Of a stretch of 64,000 nucleotides of DNA, positions 29,032-38,300 are shown in pieces. The notes beneath the pieces were generated by a model. That model worked only from the letters and a program-made list of their open reading frames with translations. It was not told the origin of the DNA and ran no database searches. Location of the stretch: NCBI GenBank assembly GCA_034433995.1, contig DAOTZU010000169.1:2109-66108 (forward strand), written 5' to 3'. Source of the DNA: Anaerolineae bacterium (GTDB lineage: Bacteria > Chloroflexota > Anaerolineae > UBA1429). Numbering within the stretch: the stretch's first letter is position 1; each line of letters opens with the position of its first letter. The position numbers and the translations under genes are program-made.

Positions 29032-29717
29032 TGGCCGCCATCCGCGAGCGCCCATTTTTGGTGGATGAGGCTTTCGGGCAGATCATCCGCCTGGTGGGCC
29101 ACGATTTGCGCAACAAGCTCAGCGTGATGCAGAACTCGACGTACTTTTTGAATATGAAGGTGGGCGGCCAGAATGAGAAACTGGCCAAACACCTGGGCAT
29201 TCTGCTGCGCGAGATCAACCAAAGCAACCGCATCGTGCTCAACTTGATGGACCTGGCCGCGCCCAAGACGCCCAAGCCGGCGCTGGTGGAGCTCAACCCG
29301 CTGATCCAGCAGACCCTGGAACAAGTGCCGCCGCCCGAGGGCGCCATCCTCAAGACCATGCTGGCGGCAGAACTGCCTCCCGTGCAGGCTGATGGGGAAC
29401 AGCTGGGCCGGGCGTTGGAGAACATCCTCCTCTTCCAATATGCCGCCCTCAGGCCGGGCGATACCTTGCGGGTGATCTCGCGCGCCGCCGGCGCCAAGGT
29501 TTATGTGGAGCTGGTGGATAGCGGCCCCGGCCTGGCCAAGGAGCAGGTGGCGCGCCTGTTCGAGCTACAGCCGGGGGAGGGGCCTATCGCGTTGCAGATG
29601 GGCCTGGTGGTGGCCCGTCAATTGATCGCCTTGAACAAGGGCCAGCTTGAGGTGGAGAGCCGCCTGGGCCTGGGCACCCGGTTCAGCATCATTTTGCCCC
29701 TCTCCCCTGCGGGATGA
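29031..29717 (+). CDS. cytoplasmic histidine kinase core (HisKA-like + HATPase)
   Basis: LVGHDLRNKLSVM H-box; C-terminal ATPase GxGLG motifs; start overlaps stop of REC gene. Confidence 0.7.
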   Translation: MAAIRERPFLVDEAFGQIIRLVGHDLRNKLSVMQNSTYFLNMKVGGQNEKLAKHLGILLREINQSNRIVLNLMDLAAPKTPKPALVELNPLIQQTLEQVPPPEGAILKTMLAAELPPVQADGEQLGRALENILLFQYAALRPGDTLRVISRAAGAKVYVELVDSGPGLAKEQVARLFELQPGEGPIALQMGLVVARQLIALNKGQLEVESRLGLGTRFSIILPLSPAG

Positions 29718-29858
29718 GGGTCAGCAGCCCTTCCTCTCCCCTGCGGGGCGAGGGGCCAGCCGTTCCTCTCCCCCCTGGGGAGAGGCTAGGTGAGGGGAGG
29801 TCACCCTCCTGCCCGCCCCCTCACCCCACCCTCTCCCCTGCGGGGCGAGGGGCAAAGG
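29717..29858. repeat. G/C-rich palindromic repeat cluster (REP-like), family shared with 60744..60881
   Basis: Two copies of CCTCTCCCCTGCGGGGCGAGGGG, hairpin CCTCTCCCCCCTGGGGAGAGG, GGTGAGGGG / CCCCTCACC inverted repeats. Confidence 0.5.
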
Positions 29859-30989
29859 TCAGGCGGAGCGCAGGAGCTGGCGCACGTGTTCCGGATTATT
29901 GGCCTTGGCCAAGATGTCTTCCAGGGTGACCATGCCGCGACGGTAAAGCTCGATCAGCGCCTGATCTAGGGTCCTCATCCCCAGCCGCTGGCTGGTCTCG
30001 ATGACGCCGGGGAGTTGATGGGTCTTGGCCTCGCGGATGAGATTGCGCACCGCCGGCGAGGCGACCATCACCTCCACCGCTACCACGCGGCCCTTCCCAT
30101 CGGCGGTGGGCAGCAGCGTCTGAGAGAGCACTCCCTCCAGGATCATGGAGAGTTGGATGCGCACCTGTTGTTGCTGGTGCGGCGGAAAGACGTCGATGAT
30201 GCGGTCCACCGTGTTGGCGGCGCCGGCGGTGTGCAGGGTGGAGAGCACCAGGTGGCCCGTCTCGGCGGCGGTGATGGCCGCGGCGATGGTCTCCAGGTCC
30301 CGCATCTCGCCCACCAGGATCACGTCGGGGTCCTGGCGCAAGGCGTGTTTGAGGGCGGAGGCGAAGCTGGGCGTGTCCTCGCCCAGCTCCCGCTGGGTGA
30401 TCATGCTCTGCTTGTCGGTAAAGACGTACTCGATGGGATCTTCGCAGGTGACGATGCGGCAGCGTTGTCGCTCGTTAAGATAGTCAATCATCGCCGCCAG
30501 GGTGGTGGATTTGCCGCTGCCGGTGGGCCCGGTGACGAGGATCAAGCCACGGGGCCGCATGATCAATTCTTTGCACACCGGGGGCAGCAACAAGTCGTCC
30601 AACGTGGGGATGATCATGCTCAGGCGGCGCATGACCATGGTGATGGTGCCCCGTTGTTTGGCCACATTGATGCGAAAGCGGGCCACCCCTTCCAGCTCAT
30701 AGGAGAGATCCAGCTCCAATTCCTGCTCAAAGCGCCGGCGCTGCTCCGGATTGGTCACCTGCTCGTAGAGGCGGGCCAGGTCGGCGGCGCTCAGGGGCTC
30801 GTACTGCGCCTGCACCTGCAGGTCGCCCCGGATGCGCAACACCGGCGGGCTCCCGGCCTTCAGGTGCAGATCTGAGGCGCCCAGGCGCGTCGTCAAGTGC
30901 AAAAGCTCGTCAATGTACACCTCCGCGCTGGGCGTGGGCCGGGCGAAGGTTGTGCGCTGCGTAGGTTGGCGCATGATGGGATCGGACAT
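29859..30989 (-). CDS. pilT: type IV pilus retraction ATPase PilT
   Basis: Walker A GPTGSGKST, PilT-family motifs; start 30989 with GGGGAA upstream. Confidence 0.85.
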   Translation of the reverse strand: MSDPIMRQPTQRTTFARPTPSAEVYIDELLHLTTRLGASDLHLKAGSPPVLRIRGDLQVQAQYEPLSAADLARLYEQVTNPEQRRRFEQELELDLSYELEGVARFRINVAKQRGTITMVMRRLSMIIPTLDDLLLPPVCKELIMRPRGLILVTGPTGSGKSTTLAAMIDYLNERQRCRIVTCEDPIEYVFTDKQSMITQRELGEDTPSFASALKHALRQDPDVILVGEMRDLETIAAAITAAETGHLVLSTLHTAGAANTVDRIIDVFPPHQQQQVRIQLSMILEGVLSQTLLPTADGKGRVVAVEVMVASPAVRNLIREAKTHQLPGVIETSQRLGMRTLDQALIELYRRGMVTLEDILAKANNPEHVRQLLRSA

Positions 30990-31145
30990 GTCCAAATTCC
31001 CCAGATCAGGATGTTGTGCTATCCCCTCGCCTGTAATGGGCCCTGAGGCCAAACAGTCGTTCTCCCCCGCGGTGCGACCAAATCCATGGGCGCGGGACCC
31101 TGCCCGATATATTTGCTCTAGTGAGCCCCTTGTGGGCCGTGGCCT

Positions 31146-31976
31146 CTAACCGGCGAAATACCAGAGCAACAGCCGGCTGCCGTAGAGCATGTACAGGAAG
31201 GTGGTGAGCACCAAAAAGGGCGCAAAAGGGATGGCCGTTTTGCGCCCGGCCAGCCGGGTGATGAGCAGCACGACCCCCACAACCCCTCCCAAAATGAAGG
31301 AGCTGAACACCGCCACCAGCGCCCCCGGAAAGGCGGTGATGAGCCCGGCAAAGGCCGCCAGCTTGACATCGCCGGCCCCCATCCCCTGGGGGGCGATGAG
31401 CCAGATCAGCCAAAAGATGAGAAAGGCGGCCAAGCCTCCCAGCAGCTGGCTCAAGGCCGTCCATTGCGCGATGGACAAACTCGCCATGCCACGGTTGCGT
31501 TGGATCAGCCAAAAGAGGCCCAAGTGGGCGAAGGAAGGCTCCGCCACCAGGGCCTGGATGGGGATGGCCAAAAGGGCCAAGACGATGGCCGGCAAGATGA
31601 CCACGTTCAACACCAATTTGTGCTCCAAGTCGATGACCAGGATGACCAGGAGGAAGCAGGTGTACACCGTGCTCAGCGCCAGTTCCACACTGGGGCCGAA
31701 AAACCAGGCCAGGAAGGCGAAAAGGAGGCCGGTAACCAGTTCCACCAGCAGCACGCGCAAGGGAATGCGCGCCCCGCAGGTGCGGCAACGTCCCCGGAGG
31801 ACGAGATAGCTGACCACAGGCACCAGGTCCCCCGCGGTGAGCTGCCGACCGCACTGGGGACAATGGGAGGGCGGGCGCAGCAGCGATTGCTGGGCGGGCA
31901 GCCGATCCATGACGACGTTCAGGAAGCTGCCCACGATGAGCCCCACCAAGCCATAAAGGGCGCTGAACCACACCAT
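31146..31976 (-). CDS. pilD: prepilin peptidase (A24 family)
   Basis: N-terminal CPxCG Zn-finger-like (HCPQCGRQL...CRTCG), polytopic membrane domain. Confidence 0.85.
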   Translation of the reverse strand: MVWFSALYGLVGLIVGSFLNVVMDRLPAQQSLLRPPSHCPQCGRQLTAGDLVPVVSYLVLRGRCRTCGARIPLRVLLVELVTGLLFAFLAWFFGPSVELALSTVYTCFLLVILVIDLEHKLVLNVVILPAIVLALLAIPIQALVAEPSFAHLGLFWLIQRNRGMASLSIAQWTALSQLLGGLAAFLIFWLIWLIAPQGMGAGDVKLAAFAGLITAFPGALVAVFSSFILGGVVGVVLLITRLAGRKTAIPFAPFLVLTTFLYMLYGSRLLLWYFAG

Positions 31977-31977
31977 G

Positions 31978-32871
31978 CTACACCTTCTTCAGGGCCAGGC
32001 CGAAATTGGTCATGAACTCCATCTCGGGCAATTCCTCCGGGCAGGGAAATGGGGCGACGGCCCGTTCCACGGGGCGGTCAATGGTGGCTTTGAGATAGTC
32101 CCAGGCCTCGCGGGTATTCAGCGAGCGCCCCGCCAAATAGACGGACGTGCTGGGCTGCAACATAGCCTCGCGGTGGCTATCGTTGTAAAAGCGCACCGTC
32201 TGGGTCAGCTCCTCCAACAAGCGTTCGAGCTGGCCCAGGGCATCCAGGCCCTCCTTTTCAAAGGAGAAGGTGCGCATGATGGCCGGCAGATAATCTATGA
32301 CGATGACGATATCCAATAACCCATCCTCCAGGCAGACGATGATCGCCTCCGGTTGGCCTATGGCGCGGATGAGGGCCAACGGTTTGAGGTCCATCACAAA
32401 AGGCGGGATGCCCGCGGCCTGGAGCGCCCGCACCTGGGCCTCAATCATCTCCCTGGGCACCCCCACCACGTAAATGCGCTGTTGGTCGCCCACTCCGGGC
32501 ATGGATTGCCACGCGAGGTAGAGGCTCTCCAAGGAGACGGGCATCTCTTTGCGCGCCTCGCGGGAGATGGCCTCTTCCATCAACGAGGCCTGCAACTTGG
32601 GCAAGGTGAGCAGGCGCGGGATGGAGCGCATGGCGCTCAGGCTCGTGATCACCTGTTTGCGGGGCAGATTGTGGGCGGTAAAGAGGGCATCGAGGATCTT
32701 GCCCATCTCCACGGCGTTGGTGATCAACCCTTCCACCACCAGCCCCGGCGGCAGGTCCACGCTGAGCCAGCGGTCCACCTTGCCGTTGCGCAGGGTGAGC
32801 AGCCGCACATCGGTGGGTTCGATGGCCAGGGTGATCACATCACGGGTTTTGGGCTTGCTGAACAAGGCCAT
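31978..32871 (-). CDS. pilM: type IV pilus assembly protein PilM (actin-like ATPase fold)
   Basis: MALFSKPK...ITLAIEPTDVRLL N-terminus typical of PilM; GGAAGGA RBS. Confidence 0.8.
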   Translation of the reverse strand: MALFSKPKTRDVITLAIEPTDVRLLTLRNGKVDRWLSVDLPPGLVVEGLITNAVEMGKILDALFTAHNLPRKQVITSLSAMRSIPRLLTLPKLQASLMEEAISREARKEMPVSLESLYLAWQSMPGVGDQQRIYVVGVPREMIEAQVRALQAAGIPPFVMDLKPLALIRAIGQPEAIIVCLEDGLLDIVIVIDYLPAIMRTFSFEKEGLDALGQLERLLEELTQTVRFYNDSHREAMLQPSTSVYLAGRSLNTREAWDYLKATIDRPVERAVAPFPCPEELPEMEFMTNFGLALKKV

Positions 32872-32914
32872 GTGCGTTTCCTTCCCCAGGGCTAGGGGCA
32901 TCCCTGCGCCGATT

Positions 32915-34162
32915 TCAAGGGATGCGCAGCCTCATGCCCACGGTGATGCGCGAGCTGGTCAGACCGTTGGCCGCCATGAGGGCCGCCACGGTGGTGCCGA
33001 AGCGTTGGGCGATACTGAACAGGGTATCGCCGGCCTGCACGATATAGATCCTCCCGGGCAGGAGCGGCCCTCCGGGTAGGCCGCCCGGCCACAGCGGCGG
33101 GCTGCCCGCCCAGCCGGCCGGCGGGATGATCAAGCGCTGGTACACATAAAGGCTGTAGGTGGTCAAGCCGTTGGCCAACATGAGCAGGGCGACGGTGGTG
33201 TTGTAGCGTTGGGCGATGGTGTAAAGCGTCTCGCCGGGCATGACCACATGGATCAGGATGTCCGATTGCATGACGGTGGGGATGAACAGCGCCCGGTAAG
33301 CGCGGATGCTGGTGCCAGTCAACCCGTTGGCCGCCATGATGGCCCAGACTGTGGTATTGTACTGGCGGGCGATGGAGTAGAGGGTCTCGCCCGGCTGGAC
33401 GATGTGCACTAATGGCCCCGGTGCCGGGATGCCGCTGGCGGGGATCCAGATCACCGCGCCGGCGCGCAAGAAATAGGTCATCATCCCGTTGGCCTGCATG
33501 ATGGCTTGGACGGTGGTGTTGTAGCGCTTGGCCAGGCTATAGAGCGTATCGCCGGGTTGGACGGTGTAGGTGATGGGCTGGGAGAGGGTGCGTGGCGTGG
33601 GGGTGGGCGTGCTCGGTCCCGGTGTGATGGTGAGGGGGGGCGTGGAGGTGGCGGTGGGCGTGCCCGGCACCGGCGTGGTGCAATACCGCGCCACCAAATC
33701 AAGGCCCATGAGGGCCTCCTCGCCGGTGGGCCTGAGGGACCAAGCCTGGCGGAATTGCTCCAACGACTCGGTGCACTTGTTCTCCGTCAACAGCTTGTAG
33801 CCATAGTTGACATGGGCATAGTAGCGCTTGGCCTGGATGTCGTCATAGTTGGGGTCAATGGCGATGATCTGGCCGATGAGGTTCAACACTTGGGGCCAAT
33901 CCTGGGCGTTCCAGGCGGCGTCGAGCTGCTGCGCCAGGGCTTGCAGGCGCTGCTCGTTGGTGGGCGTGGCCGTGGCCACTTGCAAGGGGTGAAGGGGCAG
34001 TCCCTGGGGCTGCCCTCCCTCGGCTGCCGGCGGTTGGGCGCCGAGGCTCGCCCGCGCCGCCGGCGGCAGCCGGCCGGCCAACGTCCCTTGGGGCAAGAGG
34101 CCGCCGAGAAGGGCCAAGATCAGCAACGCCCTGCCCAAACGTGTCCATCGTCGCCTGCTCAT
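32915..34162 (-). CDS. secreted protein with TPR-like N-region and four LysM peptidoglycan-binding domains
   Basis: Signal peptide; four repeats of YTVQPGDTLYSIAxRYNTTV...ANGL. Confidence 0.75.
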   Translation of the reverse strand: MSRRRWTRLGRALLILALLGGLLPQGTLAGRLPPAARASLGAQPPAAEGGQPQGLPLHPLQVATATPTNEQRLQALAQQLDAAWNAQDWPQVLNLIGQIIAIDPNYDDIQAKRYYAHVNYGYKLLTENKCTESLEQFRQAWSLRPTGEEALMGLDLVARYCTTPVPGTPTATSTPPLTITPGPSTPTPTPRTLSQPITYTVQPGDTLYSLAKRYNTTVQAIMQANGMMTYFLRAGAVIWIPASGIPAPGPLVHIVQPGETLYSIARQYNTTVWAIMAANGLTGTSIRAYRALFIPTVMQSDILIHVVMPGETLYTIAQRYNTTVALLMLANGLTTYSLYVYQRLIIPPAGWAGSPPLWPGGLPGGPLLPGRIYIVQAGDTLFSIAQRFGTTVAALMAANGLTSSRITVGMRLRIP

Positions 34163-34174
34163 CTTTTCGCCCTC

Positions 34175-35317
34175 TTATCTTGGAATCACCAGCCGCTGAC
34201 CCACATATACGGTGGTGCTGCGCAGATCGTTGGCGCGCATGATGGCGCTGACCGTGGTATGGTAGCGGCTGGCGATGGACCACAAGGTATCTCCGGGCCG
34301 CACCACATGGATCAGCACCTCAGGCGTGGGGGTTTTGGTGGGCCCGGCGGTGGGGGAAGGTTTGGCCGTCTGCCCCGGCCGGGTGATGGTGGGCCGCGCC
34401 GCGGGGAGGGTCGGCGTCCCCTGAAGGCCGCGCAACAGCGTCAAGGCCTCCTGGCCGTTGGGCACCAAACGGAGGGCGGCCTCGAAGCGTTGTTGCGCCT
34501 CGGCGCGCCGGCCCTTGGCGGCCAGCTCGCGCCCCCAAGCGAGGTATACCTGATAGAGCTGATACGTCACCTCTTGGTGTTCCGGCTCCTCCTGCAAAAG
34601 GCGCTCCCCCTGGGCCGCCGCGGCCGGCCAATCCTGGGCCGCGATGGCGGCCTGGAAGGATTCCATCAGGCTACCTTGTTGTGCCGGCGTGGCGGTGGGG
34701 GCAGGACTGGGCGTCCCCTGGGCCGGCGCCGGTAGGGTGCCCCGCTCGATGGAATAGACCGCCAGGTCCACATTCCCCGTGAAGGGCCCATCGGGTTTGA
34801 CGATGAGGTTATCCAGCAAAAAGGTCTTGAACGGCCCATCGGCCAGGCGCGCCAAAAAGCGCAACAGCCCCGGCACCTCCCCCCGCGCCTCCACCAGAAA
34901 GCGCTGTACGTTATAGGCCTTCTCGGCCTCCTCCTCCGGCGTCTTGAGCAATGGCTCCAGCCGCGCCAGCCGCACGCCGAAGGTGCTGGCGTATTGGTAA
35001 TACTGGGCCATCTCATCGGCCACCTGTTGCCCGGTGGGCCAACCCGTGGTCAACTGCTGCAGTTGCTGTTGGGCCGCGCCCAGGCGCTGGCGCAGCGTCT
35101 CGGGGGCGGCGGCCTGGACGCGTTGAATCTGGGCGATGGCCTCTTGGGCGGTGTCGTACTCGCTCTGGGCCTCGCTCCGCCGCGAGATGGCACGCACCAG
35201 CGCGCTGAACACCACACCGGAGAGGACCAGTGCCACGATGAGGCTGAGGACGGCTCCCACCACCAGCGGGTTCTTGATCTTGAAGCGCCGAAAAAGATCC
35301 TTGACGTCGGTGTTCAT
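34175..35317 (-). CDS. PilO-like pilus assembly membrane protein with C-terminal TPR-like region and LysM domain
   Basis: Single TM (LVVGAVLSLIVALVL), coiled-coil, PilO-like core, C-terminal LysM (HVVRPGDTLWSIASRYHTTV); ATGA start/stop overlap with upstream giant gene. Confidence 0.5.
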   Translation of the reverse strand: MNTDVKDLFRRFKIKNPLVVGAVLSLIVALVLSGVVFSALVRAISRRSEAQSEYDTAQEAIAQIQRVQAAAPETLRQRLGAAQQQLQQLTTGWPTGQQVADEMAQYYQYASTFGVRLARLEPLLKTPEEEAEKAYNVQRFLVEARGEVPGLLRFLARLADGPFKTFLLDNLIVKPDGPFTGNVDLAVYSIERGTLPAPAQGTPSPAPTATPAQQGSLMESFQAAIAAQDWPAAAAQGERLLQEEPEHQEVTYQLYQVYLAWGRELAAKGRRAEAQQRFEAALRLVPNGQEALTLLRGLQGTPTLPAARPTITRPGQTAKPSPTAGPTKTPTPEVLIHVVRPGDTLWSIASRYHTTVSAIMRANDLRSTTVYVGQRLVIPR

Positions 35318-38300
35318 GGCGTCACCGTCTTGAGCCGCAGTTGCAGGGTGAATTGGATCAGTTGCGCGCCGGGGGCAGCGCCCAAGGGCGCCAATTGGGC
35401 CGCCGGCCGCTCCGGGGGCGCCGCCAGCCCCCACCAGCGCCGCGGGGCCGGCCAGGCTATCCCTTGCAGAAGGGGAGCGCCCTCTCTCCGCCAAGCGACC
35501 GCCTGGGGCTGCCCCAACGGGGCCCAGGCAGTCACTAGCCCCACCTCGTAGGCGCGCAGGTAATATTCCATGGTGGGGCCGAACAGTCCCTTGTTGTAGA
35601 TGGTGATGGTCACCTCGCCGTCGGCGGTCGCCTCAAAGATCACCGCCGAGTTCAGGTAACCCGTGCCGGGCAACGCATCGTCGCTTTGGCAGCCGCTGGG
35701 CTGGCAGTTGTGCACCGGCCCCGTCACCACCAACACGGTATCCACGCCGGGGGTCAGCGGATCGCAGACCAACTGGGTGGGCGAAAAGGGCGTGGTGACG
35801 GTGATGCTGGAACCGGGCTCCAGCCCGTTGCCGCAGGTGACCACCATGTAGCGCCGGCCGGCCTTGACCAAGAGGGTCACCTGGTCCACATCCAGCGCGG
35901 GGTGGAAGGTGTGGCGCTGGGATTCGTTGATGGAAAGATACCGTTTCACCGTGAGGTCCGGCTCGTAGGCGTCACCGCTTTCGGTGCCCAGATCGTCTAC
36001 CTGCAGGACATAGGTCTTGTCCGGCCCGTATTGTCCCTTGTTGGTGACCTGCACCGTCGCCTCAAGGTCGTCCGGGCCGTCGTTCTGCAGCTCCACGTAG
36101 GAGGAGAGATCGCCCGGTATCTTGTCGTCATTGCTGAGGTGGGTTGTGCCCATGTCCACCGTCAACATGGTATCCACGCCGGGGGCCAGATCTCGAGTGT
36201 AGATGCGATAGCGGCGTTCCGCCTTGGCGGTGAAGTAAACCCGATCCACGTCGCCGGGCGGATAAAAGCTCCGCGCCTGCCCCGCGCCGATGGCGATGGG
36301 CACCGGCGCAAGATCATCCACTTCGTAAGCATCGCCGGAGCCGACATCCGTCACCCGCAGGACGTAGGTGCGGTTGGGGCCAAAGAGGCCTTTGTTGGTC
36401 ACGGTGACAAAGGCGGGGGCGTCGGCGCCCGTTTGATTTTGAAACACAACCCTTGAGCTGAGATCCTGGGGCGAGCGATCGTCGCTGGTCCAGACCTGGC
36501 TGCCCAGGCGCACGGTGAGGACGCTATCGGCGCCCGTGGCCAGGGCGGTGGTCTCCACGGCGTAGGAATAGCCGGCTTTGGCGGTAAAGACCACCTGGTC
36601 CACATCGCCCGCGGGGCAGAAGGTGCGTGGCTGCTCCTCGTTCACCCCCATCACGCGGGCCACGGCATCGTCCGGTTCAAAGGCATCGCCGCAATCGAGG
36701 GTTGGAGTGGAGCTGGGGCCGGGCGTCGCCGTCGGTCCAGGGGTGAACAGCGGTGTGGGCGTAGCGGTGGTGCGGGTCAAATCGGGCGTAGGGGTGCGCA
36801 CCACACCCAAGAACTCGACCACCAGGGTGTAGGTCTTGTCCGGCCCATATTGGCCGTTGTTGGTCACCAAGACGGTGGCTTGGACGTCGCTAGCCCCGTC
36901 GTTCTGCAACTCCACATAAGATGAGAGATCGCCCGGCTGGCGGTCGTCGTTGCGGAGCTGGAGGGCGCCCATATTCACCGTGAGGACCGTATCCACGCCG
37001 GGGGCCAGGCCCTGGGTATAGATGCGGTAGCGGTGGTTGACCTTGGCCACAAAATAGACCCGATCCACATCGCCGGGCGGGTAAAAACTGCGCGCCTGGC
37101 CGATGCCAAAGGCGATGGGCACGGGGGAGAGGTCATCCACCTCGTAGGCATCGCCGGTGCCCGCGTCGGACACCTTGAACTTGTAGGTGCGATTTTGGCC
37201 AAAAAGGCCCTTGTTGGTGATGGTGATAAAGGCGGGAGCATCGCGGCCCGATTGGTTCTGGAAGATGATCTTGGAGCTGAGATCCTGGGGCGAGCGGTCG
37301 TCGCTGGTCCAGGATTGACCGCCCAAGAGCACGGTGACCACCGTATCCACACCGGGGGCCAGGTCATAGGTTTCCACGATGTAGGAATAGCCGGCCTTGG
37401 CGGTAAAGACGGCCTTGTCCACATCCCCGTTGGGACAAAAGTTGCGTCCCTGTTCCTGGTTCACCACCGCCAGGCGGCCCACGATATCATCCGGCTCGTA
37501 ACTATCGCCGCAAAAGACGGTGGGCGTGGGGCCGGGGGTAAGGGGCTGGCGGGTGAGATCGCGGGTGGGCGTGCCGGCCAGCTCGCGCAGCGTGAGCCAA
37601 TATTCCTTATCCACCCCATACTCGCCCCGGTTGGTGAGGGTGGCGATGGCCACACCGTCGCGGGAGGGGGTGAGGATCACCCGCGAGGCATAATCGCCGG
37701 GGGCGATGTCATCGTTCCGGAGGGTTTGCCCCTCCACCAGCACCTCCAACACCGTATCCACGCCCAAGGTGAGGCTGTACGTCTTGACCTCGTACACCCG
37801 CCCCGCCTTGACGGGGAAATAGACCCGGTCTACATCGCCCAAGGGGAAGAAGGTATGGCGCTGGCCCTCGTAAGGCGAGAGGGGCCGCGGGGTCTGGTCA
37901 TCCGGCTCGTAGGCATCACCCCCCGCCTCCAAGAGTTGCAGGGTGTAGGTTTTATCCACGCCATAGAGGCCCTTGTTGGTGATGGTGACCTGGGCCGTCC
38001 CATCGGCGTTGGCCTTGAAGAGGAGGCGCGAGGAGGGATCGCCGGAGGCGGCGTCATCGTTCTGCTGGGTGACGCCATCCACCTGCACCACGATGACCGT
38101 ATCCACCCCCAGGGCCAAGTTGGTGGTGCGCAATTCGTAGGCGTGCCCCGCCTTGACGGGGAAATAGACCCGGTCCACATCGCCGGCGGGGTAGAAAGAG
38201 CGGGCCTGGGCCTCGCCGATGGCGATGGGTTTGGGGGTTTGGTCGTCGCGCTCGTACGCGTCGCCGGTGGCCTCATAGACCGCCAGGGTGTACCACTTGT

